Shown: positions 55,851 to 64,000 of the stretch, piece after piece
Numbering within the stretch: position 1 is the first letter of the stretch
How the letters are laid out: every line of letters starts with the position of its first letter
Assembly: GCA_910578115.1 (NCBI GenBank)
Contig: CAJTPO010000004.1
Location: 29,539-93,538 of the forward strand
DNA: 64,000 nt
Source of the DNA: an uncultured Lachnospiraceae bacterium
Lineage (GTDB): Bacteria > Bacillota > Clostridia > Lachnospirales > Lachnospiraceae
Direction of reading: 5' to 3'
Notes under the pieces: generated by a model
Seen by the model: the letters and a program-made list of their open reading frames with translations, nothing else
Told to the model about the DNA's origin: nothing
Database searches by the model: none
Program-made: the position numbers and the translations under genes

Positions 55851-56145
55851 GTAACGACAACATGGGATATCCACAGGCTGTCTGTCTAAGGACAGGCAGC
55901 GGGGTATTCTTAAGATCAGCTTTTGTATGACGAGAGCGCTTTGTTTTATGGTCCGCCAGCATAATAGCAGCCATTTTAATAAGGCGCTCTTTTTGTGAAA
56001 TTCTGCATCTGATTATCAGATCCTGAACATGCAAAGTGACGGCCTGATATGGGTGGTCGAGCGGCGGCCGGCAGATATTGGCGGGCAGGCATCCGGCAGA
56101 TAATCTGAAAGCAGAGTATAGAATATATGGGGAAAGGAGAGAATC

Positions 56146-56991
56146 ATGCAAAAGAATTATAAGAAGTATTTTCCGATTTTTGTACTTCCAACTTTGTTGG
56201 CATTTATCATTGCATTTGTGATTCCTTTTTTTATGGGACTGTATCTGTCCTTCTGTAATTTCAAGACGATCGGTTCCGCAAAATGGGTGGGGTTATCCAA
56301 TTATCTGTATGTGTTCCGTGACAGCGCGGGATTCCTTTCGGCGCTGTGGTTTACCGTTAAGGTAGCTATTGTGGGCGTTGTCTCCACGAATGTGCTGGCA
56401 TTTGCGTTGGCGCTGCTTTTGACAAAGGGGCTTAAGGGTACGAATGTATATCGTACGATCTTTTTCATGCCGAACCTGATCGGCGGTATTATCCTCGGTT
56501 ATATCTGGCAGCTCTTATTAAACGGTATCCTGATCAGAGTAGCAGGTGTGGATCTGACATTCAATTCCACCTTTGGTTACTGGGGTATCATTATTCTGTA
56601 CAACTGGCAGAAGATCGGTTATCTGATGATCATTTACATCGCAGGGATCCAGTCTATTTCCGGGGATATCCTGGAGGCAGCCAAGATTGACGGCGCAAAC
56701 TATGTGCAGACTTTGAAAAAGATCATTATTCCGCTGGTTATGACATCCATCACGACCTGTACGTTCCTGGCTTTGACAGACTGTTTCAAGATGTACGACC
56801 AGAACCTGGCTCTGACAGGCGGTGCTCCTGCAAACCAGACGGCGATGTTGGCGATGGATATTTTCAATACGTATTACAACCGGACAGGATTTGCCGGTGT
56901 CGGCCAGGCCAAGGCAGTGGTATTTACGGTTCTGGTACTTGTTATCTCATTGATACAGCTTCGAATCACACAGTCCAGGGAGGTGGAGTAA
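56146..56991 (+). CDS. Carbohydrate ABC transporter permease (MalF/UgpA-like)
   Basis: 6 TM segments. EAA loop EAAKIDGANYVQTLKKIIIPL. Confidence 0.9.
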   Translation: MQKNYKKYFPIFVLPTLLAFIIAFVIPFFMGLYLSFCNFKTIGSAKWVGLSNYLYVFRDSAGFLSALWFTVKVAIVGVVSTNVLAFALALLLTKGLKGTNVYRTIFFMPNLIGGIILGYIWQLLLNGILIRVAGVDLTFNSTFGYWGIIILYNWQKIGYLMIIYIAGIQSISGDILEAAKIDGANYVQTLKKIIIPLVMTSITTCTFLALTDCFKMYDQNLALTGGAPANQTAMLAMDIFNTYYNRTGFAGVGQAKAVVFTVLVLVISLIQLRITQSREVE

Positions 56992-56992
56992 G

Positions 56993-57829
56993 ATGCAGGA
57001 AAAGAGAAAAGCAGCAAATATACTCATTTATAGTATCCTTACGATTTTGTCAGTGATCTTCATTATTCCGATCGCCCTGGTGATCATGAACTCTCTGAAG
57101 AATAAGCTGTATATTTCGACTTCCCCTTTTGCGCTGCCCAACAACGAGAGCTTTCGGGGACTGAAGAACTATATTGAAGGTCTGACCAAGATCCATTTCA
57201 TGGACAGTATCGGTTACTCTCTGTTTATTACGGTAGTATCCGTTATCATGATCATCGTATTCTGTTCCATGACGGCATGGTATATCACGAGGGTGAAGAA
57301 TAAACTTACTTCTTTTATTTATTTTCTGTTTATAGCAAGTATGGTAGTGCCTTTCCAGATGGTAATGTATACGATGACCAAGGTGGCGAACATGACGCAT
57401 CTGGACAATTTCATCGGAATCAACGTTCTGTATCTGGGCTTTGGTTCCAGTATGGCGGTGTTCATGTTTACCGGATTTGTGAAGGGCATTCCGATTGAGC
57501 TGGAGGAAGCCGGTCTGATTGACGGATGTAATCCGCTTACCATGTTCGTGAAGGTGGTGTTCCCGGTTTTGAAGCCGATCTCCATCACCATCGCGATCTT
57601 GAATGCAATGTGGATCTGGAACGACTTCCTGCTCCCGTATCTGATCATCGGTACGAAGTACAGGACCATACCGGTTGCGATCCAGTATCTGAGAAGCGGT
57701 TACGGTTCTATTGACTATGGCCATCTGATGGCGACTATCGTGATCGCGTTGATTCCGATTGTTATCTTCTATTTTATGTGCCAGAAATACATCATTGAGG
57801 GTATTGTGGCCGGAGCCGTAAAGGGATAA
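56993..57829 (+). CDS. Carbohydrate ABC transporter permease (MalG/UgpE-like)
   Basis: EAA loop EEAGLIDGCNPLTMFVKVVFPVLKP. Confidence 0.9.
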   Translation: MQEKRKAANILIYSILTILSVIFIIPIALVIMNSLKNKLYISTSPFALPNNESFRGLKNYIEGLTKIHFMDSIGYSLFITVVSVIMIIVFCSMTAWYITRVKNKLTSFIYFLFIASMVVPFQMVMYTMTKVANMTHLDNFIGINVLYLGFGSSMAVFMFTGFVKGIPIELEEAGLIDGCNPLTMFVKVVFPVLKPISITIAILNAMWIWNDFLLPYLIIGTKYRTIPVAIQYLRSGYGSIDYGHLMATIVIALIPIVIFYFMCQKYIIEGIVAGAVKG

Positions 57830-58096
57830 TGATAAAAGTTACCGCGGCAGGTATTTGATGAAAGTAAGCAGGAGAGGATTGCCTGAGCTGATCAGGTAAT
57901 GGTTGGCAGGATACCAGGAAGGGTATTCTGCCAGTTTCTCATAAGAAGGATGCACCCTGTTCCCCTTTTAAAGATCGCACCTGTCGAATATATAGAAAAT
58001 TTGTCATTTTTAGCTTGCAGGAATAAGGGGAAAAGTGTAGAATGGAAACGATACCGAAATCGATACCGAAACTGCGGAGAAAGGATTGTTGCAGTC

Positions 58097-59572
58097 ATGA
58101 GAAAAAGCGGAGTTTTATTGCCTGTATCGAGTATTCCGTCCAAATATGGGATCGGTACATTTTCCAGACAGGCATATGAGTTTATAGATTTATTGGAGAA
58201 GGCAGGACAGTCCTATTGGCAGATCCTTCCGCTGGGACCGACGGGATACGGCGATTCGCCCTATCAGTCTTTCTCCACTTTTGCGGGGAATCCTTACTAT
58301 ATCGATCTGGAAACATTGATCGAGGAAGGGTGTCTGACAGAAGAAGATTGTGTAAAATGTGATTTTGGGGATAATGATAGATATATTGATTATGAGAAGA
58401 TCTACCTGTCCAGATTTAATGTGTTGAAGACGGCTTTTCGCAACAGCCATCCGGAGCAGGAGACGGCTTTCCTGGATTTTGTGGAAGAGAACAGCTACTG
58501 GCTCGATGATTATGCACTATATATGGCGGTGAAGAATTCTTTTGACGGCATAAGCTGGAGCGAGTGGGACGAAGATATCAAGCTCCGCAGGCCGGAAGCC
58601 ATGAAGAAATACCGGGAAGAGTATGCGGAAGAAGTAGAATTTTATAAGTTTCAGCAGTATCTGTTCGCAAAACAGTGGTTTGCACTGAAAGATTATGCGA
58701 ATAAGAAAAAGATAGAGATTATTGGGGATATTCCGATTTATGTGGCTTTTGACAGCGCAGATACCTGGGCGAATCCGGAGTTGTTCCAGTTGGATGATAC
58801 ATTGACGCCTACTGCGGTGGCCGGATGTCCGCCGGATGCGTTCTCGGCTACGGGACAGCTGTGGGGTAACCCGTTGTACCGCTGGGAATATCACAGCGAG
58901 ACGGAATATGCGTGGTGGATGAAGCGGATCGCCTACTGTTATAAGCTCTATGATGTGGTGCGGATCGATCACTTCCGCGGCTTCGATGAATATTATTCGA
59001 TTCCTTATGGTGATGAGACGGCGGAGTTCGGACATTGGGAGAAGGGTCCCGGTTACGATATCTTCAAGACGATGAAGGCGCAGCTGGGGAATAAGGCCGT
59101 GATTGCGGAGGATCTGGGATTTTTGACCGATACGGTCATCAAACTTGTGAAGAAGACCGGCTATCCGGGTATGAAGATTCTGCAGTTTGCTTTTGACTCC
59201 AGAGAGGAGAGCGATTATCTGCCGCACAATTATGTTAAGAACAGTATCGTATATACGGGGACACATGACAATGACACGACAGTCGGCTGGTACACGCAGT
59301 TGAATCGTAAGGACAAGGCGTTTGCCAGGAAGTATCTGCATATTCGCGGCAGTAAGGATGCTCATTGGGCGTTTATCCGCGCGGCAATGTCCAGCGTTTC
59401 CGACACTTGTGTGATTCCGATGCAGGATTATCTGGGACTTGGGACGGAGGCGAGGATCAATATGCCTTCCACGCTGGGGACGAACTGGAAGTGGAGGATG
59501 CTGCCGGGAGAGTTTACACAGGAACTGGCGGAACGCATTTATGACATGACCAGATTATACAGCAGGATATAG
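58097..59572 (+). CDS. malQ: 4-alpha-glucanotransferase (amylomaltase, GH77)
   Basis: RKSGVLLPVSSIPSKYGIGTF...YWQILPLGPTGYGDSPYQSFSTFAGNPYYID...VRIDHFRGF. ATG 58097. Confidence 0.9.
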   Translation: MRKSGVLLPVSSIPSKYGIGTFSRQAYEFIDLLEKAGQSYWQILPLGPTGYGDSPYQSFSTFAGNPYYIDLETLIEEGCLTEEDCVKCDFGDNDRYIDYEKIYLSRFNVLKTAFRNSHPEQETAFLDFVEENSYWLDDYALYMAVKNSFDGISWSEWDEDIKLRRPEAMKKYREEYAEEVEFYKFQQYLFAKQWFALKDYANKKKIEIIGDIPIYVAFDSADTWANPELFQLDDTLTPTAVAGCPPDAFSATGQLWGNPLYRWEYHSETEYAWWMKRIAYCYKLYDVVRIDHFRGFDEYYSIPYGDETAEFGHWEKGPGYDIFKTMKAQLGNKAVIAEDLGFLTDTVIKLVKKTGYPGMKILQFAFDSREESDYLPHNYVKNSIVYTGTHDNDTTVGWYTQLNRKDKAFARKYLHIRGSKDAHWAFIRAAMSSVSDTCVIPMQDYLGLGTEARINMPSTLGTNWKWRMLPGEFTQELAERIYDMTRLYSRI

Positions 59573-59584
59573 ACTGCAAAGAGC

Positions 59585-59622
59585 GGCTGACAGTCACAGA
59601 AACATAGACTGTCAGCCATTTT
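59585..59622 (+). terminator. Rho-independent terminator after malQ
   Basis: GGCTGACAGTC (59585-59595) / GACTGTCAGCC (59607-59617), followed by ATTTTG. Confidence 0.7.
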
Positions 59623-59626
59623 GCTG

Positions 59627-59863
59627 TGAAAGTCTTCGACTTTCACAGCAGGGATGGCCATGCGGCCCGCCAGGCGGCAGGCTGAGCAAGATGAGGGTTT
59701 TATTATGAAAGTCTTCGACATTCACAGCAGGGATGGCCATGCGGCCCGCCAGGCAGCAGGCTGAGCAAGATGAGGGTTTTATTATGAAAGTCTTCGACAT
59801 TCACAGCAGGGATGGCCATGCGGCCGCCGGGCGGCAGGCTGAGCATGACGGAGGTTTACTAAT
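59627..59863 (+). repeat. Three tandem copies of a 79-bp palindrome-containing intergenic repeat
   Basis: Copies start at 59627, 59706 and 59785. Each contains the hairpin GTGAAAGTC-TTC-GACTTTCAC (or a 1-mismatch variant) and GGCCATGCGGCC. Confidence 0.9.
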
Positions 59864-59921
59864 TTGTGTAAAAGGAAGATTCAAGTGAGAATTTGCTAAA
59901 AAGAATGGGAAGTGATGACGT

Positions 59922-60962
59922 ATGGCAGAGATAACGATCAAGGATATTGCAAAAGAGTGTGGTGTGGGAGTCAGTACCGTGTCGCGGGCGCTGAACAATC
60001 ATCCGGATATCAATCCGGAGACCCGCAGGAAGATTATGGAAGTGATCGAACGGACCGGCTTTATTCCCAATAACAGTGCGCGCAATTTAAAACGCACGGA
60101 TGCCAAATGTATCGCCATGCTGGTGAAAGGCATCACGAACCCTTTTTTCAGTAAGATGATAGAGATCATAGAGGATGAAACGAAGCGCAAGCGGTACGCG
60201 CTGGTGCTGCGGCATGTGGAAGCACAGGAGGACGAACTGGATGTGGCGCTGGAGCTGGAGAAGGAGAAGCGGCTGCGGGGAATCGTATTTCTGGGCGGTA
60301 TGTTCCGGCATTCTCAGGAAAAGCTGGACAAATTGAAGGTGCCGTATATTTTCTGTGCCATCAGCGTCGAGGCTTTTGCACAGGCGGGAGAGGCGAGATT
60401 TTCCAATATCGCGGTGGATGACTGTCTGGAAAGCAGGAAGATGACGGAATATCTGCTGGATCTGGGACACAGGCGGATTGCCTTTATCACGGAGAATATG
60501 GATGAATCCATCGGGCGCAGCCGTCTGGAAGGTTACCGGAGCGCTTATGTTGGAAGAGGGCTGGAGGTGCCGGAGGACCTGATCTGTTATGTACAGGAAG
60601 ATGTGGATCATTATGGTATGGAAAACGGCTATCTGACAACGATAAAACTGCTTCAATCAGGGCGTGAGGTGACGGCAATCTATGCGGCGGCGGACTCGCT
60701 GGCGATTGGGGCCTGCAGGGCAGTGCTGGAGGCGGGACTGCGGATTCCGGAGGATATCTCGGTGGCGGGTTATGACGGTATGGAAATCGGGGAATACTAT
60801 AATCCGAAGCTGACTACGATTAAACAGCCCGTAGAGGAGATGGCAAGAGAAGCCATCCATCTGCTGTTTGATGTGATCGCCGGACGCAAAGAACATCAGC
60901 AGATTATCTTCTCCGCGGAACTGGTGGAGAGAGAATCTGCTGCAAGGATAAACGATAATTGA
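59922..60962 (+). CDS. LacI-family transcriptional regulator
   Basis: ITIKDIAKECGVGVSTVSRALNNHPDINPETRRKIMEVIERTGFIPNNSARNLK, plus a periplasmic-binding-fold C-terminal domain. Confidence 0.9.
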   Translation: MAEITIKDIAKECGVGVSTVSRALNNHPDINPETRRKIMEVIERTGFIPNNSARNLKRTDAKCIAMLVKGITNPFFSKMIEIIEDETKRKRYALVLRHVEAQEDELDVALELEKEKRLRGIVFLGGMFRHSQEKLDKLKVPYIFCAISVEAFAQAGEARFSNIAVDDCLESRKMTEYLLDLGHRRIAFITENMDESIGRSRLEGYRSAYVGRGLEVPEDLICYVQEDVDHYGMENGYLTTIKLLQSGREVTAIYAAADSLAIGACRAVLEAGLRIPEDISVAGYDGMEIGEYYNPKLTTIKQPVEEMAREAIHLLFDVIAGRKEHQQIIFSAELVERESAARINDN

Positions 60963-60999
60963 TTCTGGCTTTGGGCAGATGCAGATTGGAACGGTGTAT

Positions 61000-61055
61000 C
61001 TGCCGCCTGGCGGGCCGCATGGCCATCCATGCTGTGAAAGTCGAAGACTTTCATA
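61000..61055 (-). repeat. Inverted partial copy of the 79-bp repeat between the convergent lacI-family and CYTH genes
   Basis: CTGCCGCCTGGCGGGCCGCATGGCCATCCATGCTGTGAAAGTCGAAGACTTTCAT is the reverse complement of the core of the 59627 unit, with 2 mismatches. Confidence 0.85.
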
Positions 61056-61063
61056 GTAAACAG

Positions 61064-61555
61064 TTAGAAAGTCTGCCGGCTGAGCACGGAATTGTGGTAG
61101 GCCGGATCCTGCGTTACGTCTTGATCAAACCAGTCAAGAGGCAGGAAAGCATTGGCCATGGCCTCATCCGGAAACTCCACCTCCGCGATGACGAGAGGGG
61201 CAAAGGGCGGCTCAAAAAGATCCAGTTCTACAAAGAGACTGATTTGGTCAATGTTTTCGTCGTAATCTGACGCAAATGTCGGCTGCTCGATCGGAATGAC
61301 ATAACGCCTCTTTGATATCACATTTCCATCTGCCTTATCACGCAGATGATAGTAAGAATCTCGGTTTAACGGGAGATTATACTCTTCTCGGGCAAGCAGG
61401 CCCTTACCCTTATAGGTCAGGTAATATTCGTCGTCCTGACGACGGATCCTGACAACCGGGTCAGTGTTGAGGTAGGCCTGCTCGATCATATGGCAGGGAT
61501 AGTCAGCCAGATTTTCCGGCAGGTTTTTGACGGTAAATTTTCGTTCGATTTCCAT
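61064..61555 (-). CDS. CYTH-domain protein (triphosphate tunnel metalloenzyme)
   Basis: MEIERKFTVKNLP is the CYTH EIERKF signature. 163 aa. This is the only convincing minus-strand gene. Confidence 0.85.
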   Translation of the reverse strand: MEIERKFTVKNLPENLADYPCHMIEQAYLNTDPVVRIRRQDDEYYLTYKGKGLLAREEYNLPLNRDSYYHLRDKADGNVISKRRYVIPIEQPTFASDYDENIDQISLFVELDLFEPPFAPLVIAEVEFPDEAMANAFLPLDWFDQDVTQDPAYHNSVLSRQTF

Positions 61556-61718
61556 AATAATTCCTTTTTGGCAAAATGTGAGCGTGTCAGTACACTAGAT
61601 TATAACAAGGGAATGGAAAGGTGTAAAGTCTTGCTATTTCAAAGATTGTTGGGTATGATTATTTTAAAGCCAATCGTTACAGATTAATATTAAGAAGTAG
61701 GAAGAACGGAGGAAATGA

Positions 61719-62273
61719 ATGATGAGCAGAGTGGCGGTTTTTTTTGCAACGGGATATGAGGAGATCGAGGCGTTGACTGTAGTGGATATCCTGCGTCGGG
61801 CGGATGTGGATACACCGATGGTTTCCATTACGAAAGAGCGCAGCGTGACGGGTTCACATGGGATCTCGGTGGCGATGGATGCGGTACTTGCAGATATAAA
61901 TTTTGAAGAGGTGGATATGATCGTACTGCCGGGTGGCGGTCTGGGCACACAGAATCTGGAGGCGTGTGAGGCGCTGATGGCGCAGGTGGATGCTTTCGTG
62001 GAGCAGGGTAAGCCGGTGGCGGCTATCTGTGCGGCGCCCAGTATTCTGGGACACAGAGGATTCTTAAAAGGACGGAAGGCATGTTCTTATCCTTCCTTTG
62101 AAAGTCATCTGGAGGGCGCGGAAGTGATGCACCAGCCTGCAGTCATCGACGGCAATATCGTTACTGGACGCGGTATGGGTGCGGCGGTGCCGTTTGCACT
62201 GGCGGTGCTGGAGAAGCTGCAGGGTGCGGATGCGGCGCGGAAGATGGCGGCGCAGATCGTGTATGAGGCGTAA
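61719..62273 (+). CDS. DJ-1/PfpI family protein
   Basis: VLPGG...KPVAAICAAPSILG, with the nucleophile-elbow Cys. 184 aa. Confidence 0.85.
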   Translation: MMSRVAVFFATGYEEIEALTVVDILRRADVDTPMVSITKERSVTGSHGISVAMDAVLADINFEEVDMIVLPGGGLGTQNLEACEALMAQVDAFVEQGKPVAAICAAPSILGHRGFLKGRKACSYPSFESHLEGAEVMHQPAVIDGNIVTGRGMGAAVPFALAVLEKLQGADAARKMAAQIVYEA

Positions 62274-62594
62274 TGTGTATTTCCAGGGTGATTTGGCAGA
62301 GGGCTGACCGTCCTGCCGCCTGTTGCAAATAATGGCAAATGTTACCATAATATTTTCAATCGATCCGAACATACTAACATCAAGATAAGCGATAAAGTGA
62401 ACGCTTTAACAGACGACGAGATTCCAATTCGAATCGCAGCGCCGGAAAGATTTCACGGATTCCAGAAGGATCTGAGATCTGAAAGGGGCATAAGCATCTG
62501 GGATAAGCGTATAAACGGCAGCGCTTATCTCAATAATATAGATTATGGATGGAATTTGAAGATTTCATTCAAAAGTATTTCGGAGGTGAAAGAA

Positions 62595-62795
62595 ATGGCA
62601 AGCAACAAGACGAATAGAGTAGAAGTTCCTGAAGCTAAGGCAGCAATGGATCGTTTCAAGACTGAGGTTGCATCTGAGCTGGGTGTAAACCTGAAGGAGG
62701 GTTACAACGGTGACCTGACATCCAAAGAGGCTGGTTCTATCGGCGGTGAGATGGTTCGTAGAATGATCAAGAGCCAGGAAGAGCAGATGAAATAA
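62595..62795 (+). CDS. Small acid-soluble spore protein, alpha/beta type
   Basis: MASNKTNRVEVPEAKAAMDRFKTEVASELGV...EAGSIGGEMVRRMI. ATG 62595 with RBS GGAGGTGAAAGAA. Confidence 0.85.
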   Translation: MASNKTNRVEVPEAKAAMDRFKTEVASELGVNLKEGYNGDLTSKEAGSIGGEMVRRMIKSQEEQMK

Positions 62796-62817
62796 GCTAA
62801 GCAGGAAACAGAGAATG

Positions 62818-62850
62818 ACCCGTCTGAGTGATCAGGCGGGTTGTTTTTTT
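62818..62850 (+). terminator. Rho-independent terminator after the SASP gene
   Basis: ACCCGTCTGA-GTGA-TCAGGCGGGT, followed by TGTTTTTTT. Confidence 0.8.
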
Positions 62851-62903
62851 GCGGAAAATCAGCTATACTTAATGCAGTTTAAAGTGTAATGAGGAGTGAG
62901 GTT

Positions 62904-64000
62904 ATGAAGAAGAGAACGACAGCCATATGGATGAGCATGGTATTGTGTGCGGCAATGCTGGCAGGATGTGGAGCGGGCCGGAAGGTAGATGCCGATACGG
63001 AGACCGGAGCGGTGAGCAGCGAAGCGGAAGAAGGACCGGAGACAGATACGGCGTTGAAGGCAGGTGCAGGAAACAATGACGCGGATACGGCGCTGAGGGC
63101 AGGAGCTGACAGTAAAGATGCAGAGCCGGGCACGGCAGGCGGTGACGGAGCCGGGCAGGAGGAGACAGTGGGAGGACAGGAGGATCCGGTGGAGCGTGAT
63201 GGGCAGGCTGCGGGAGAAGGGACGGCAGATGACACAGAGAGCGGGGACGCCGCGGCGCTCAGAGTCGGCTCCCTTAAGGGACCCACGTCCATGGGGCTGG
63301 TCTATCTGATGGATCAGGCACAACAGGGCGGGACGCAGAACCGCTATGAATTTACCATGACAGCGGCGGCGGATGAACTGCTTCCGGCTATGCTTTCCGG
63401 GGATCTGGACATTGTCCTGATTCCTGCCAATATGGCCAGCGTGCTGTATAACAAGGCGGAAGGCGACGTGTCGGTGATCGATATTAACACGCTGGGCGTG
63501 CTGTATGCAGTATCCGGGAATCAGGAAATAAAAGAAATGAAGGATCTGAAGGGAAAGACGGTATACATGACGGGCAAGGGAACTACCCCGGATCATGTGA
63601 TGCAGTATTTATTAAGGGAAAACGGCCTTACGGCGGCGGACGTGACGCTGGAATACAAATCGGAGGCGGCGGAAGTGGCGGCGGTGCTGGCGGAAATGCC
63701 GGAAGCTGTGGGAGTGTTGCCGCAGCCCTTTGTGACGGCGGCCTGTGCGCAGAATGAGCAGCTGGCAGTGGTGCTTGACCTGACCGGGCAGTGGGAAGCC
63801 GTGCAGGGAGAAGGGGGAAGCAGACTTGTGACCGGTGTGACTGTCGTGCGGAATGCCCTTTTGACCGAGAATCAGGCGGCGGTGGATGTATTCCTGGAAG
63901 AACATGCGGCCAGTGCGGCTTACGCCAACGAGCATGTGGAGGAGACTGCGCAGCTGGTGGCGGAAGCGGGTATCATCGATAAGGCGCAGGTGGCGGCGAA
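62904..64000 (+). CDS. ABC transporter substrate-binding lipoprotein (NMT1/aliphatic-sulfonate-like SBP); 3' end lies outside the window
   Basis: Not in the ORF track because it has no stop in the window. ATG 62904 gives MKKRTTAIWMSMVLCAAMLAGCG (lipobox), a low-complexity acidic linker, then LRVGSLKGPTSMGLVYL...DIVLIPANMASVLYNK. Confidence 0.7.
   Translation, partial: MKKRTTAIWMSMVLCAAMLAGCGAGRKVDADTETGAVSSEAEEGPETDTALKAGAGNNDADTALRAGADSKDAEPGTAGGDGAGQEETVGGQEDPVERDGQAAGEGTADDTESGDAAALRVGSLKGPTSMGLVYLMDQAQQGGTQNRYEFTMTAAADELLPAMLSGDLDIVLIPANMASVLYNKAEGDVSVIDINTLGVLYAVSGNQEIKEMKDLKGKTVYMTGKGTTPDHVMQYLLRENGLTAADVTLEYKSEAAEVAAVLAEMPEAVGVLPQPFVTAACAQNEQLAVVLDLTGQWEAVQGEGGSRLVTGVTVVRNALLTENQAAVDVFLEEHAASAAYANEHVEETAQLVAEAGIIDKAQVAA

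Noticed and set aside
59627-59863. Possible CRISPR array.
   Set aside because: The repeats are directly adjacent with a 79-bp period and no unique spacers. There are no cas genes, and the unit is much longer than a CRISPR repeat.
59539-59998. Repeated small minus-strand ORFs MSKTFIIKPSSCSAC...GRMAIPAV.VEDFH, and the + strand ORF 60959..61270.
   Set aside because: They are translations of the 79-bp repeat units and of its inverted copy. The repetition of the peptide is an artefact of the DNA repeat.

Overview
This 64-kb window looks like a spore-forming Firmicute of the Clostridia/Lachnospiraceae type. That is inferred from an alpha/beta-type SASP gene and the gene content, not from any search. 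All genes but one are on the + strand.

Positions ~0.7-48.5 kb form one very large, visibly AT-rich cell-envelope glycopolymer locus. It contains:
- GT4 and GT2 glycosyltransferases.
- A Wzm/Wzt-type ABC exporter next to a methyltransferase with a repetitive coiled-coil tail.
- Two HAD-fusion paralogues, an LtaS/sulfatase-like enzyme and an O-acyltransferase.
- An FdtA/FdtB-type 3-amino-3,6-dideoxyhexose module with GtrA/GtrB-like lipid-carrier genes.
- Two pyruvyl-transferase + FrhB-like Fe-S flavoprotein pairs, plus one extra FrhB-like copy.
- A phosphonate module: a cytidylyltransferase::PEP-mutase fusion plus phosphonopyruvate decarboxylase.
- Two intact copies, one truncated copy and one relic of an unusual YidC-like::TagF-like fusion gene. 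The intact copies sit next to procoat-like mini-proteins, and one also sits next to a signal peptidase I.

One fusion copy is cut by an IS200/IS605-like element inserted 3' of TTGAT. That element's tnpA is itself split by a group II intron with a decayed RT. Four poly-G tracts (G10, G9, G9, G7) sit inside tailoring genes.

Positions 48.5-53.2 kb are a scarred junction. It holds two IS66-type transposase tails, a three-gene GHKL-like/STAS-like/TM cassette of unknown function, and a truncated S8 protease.

Positions 53.2-64 kb are GC-richer core genome: a sugar ABC transporter, malQ, a LacI regulator flanked by a 79-bp repeat family, CYTH, DJ-1, SASP, and a lipoprotein SBP that runs off the window.

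All family calls are by-eye motif recognition on the supplied translations. No searches or statistics were run.
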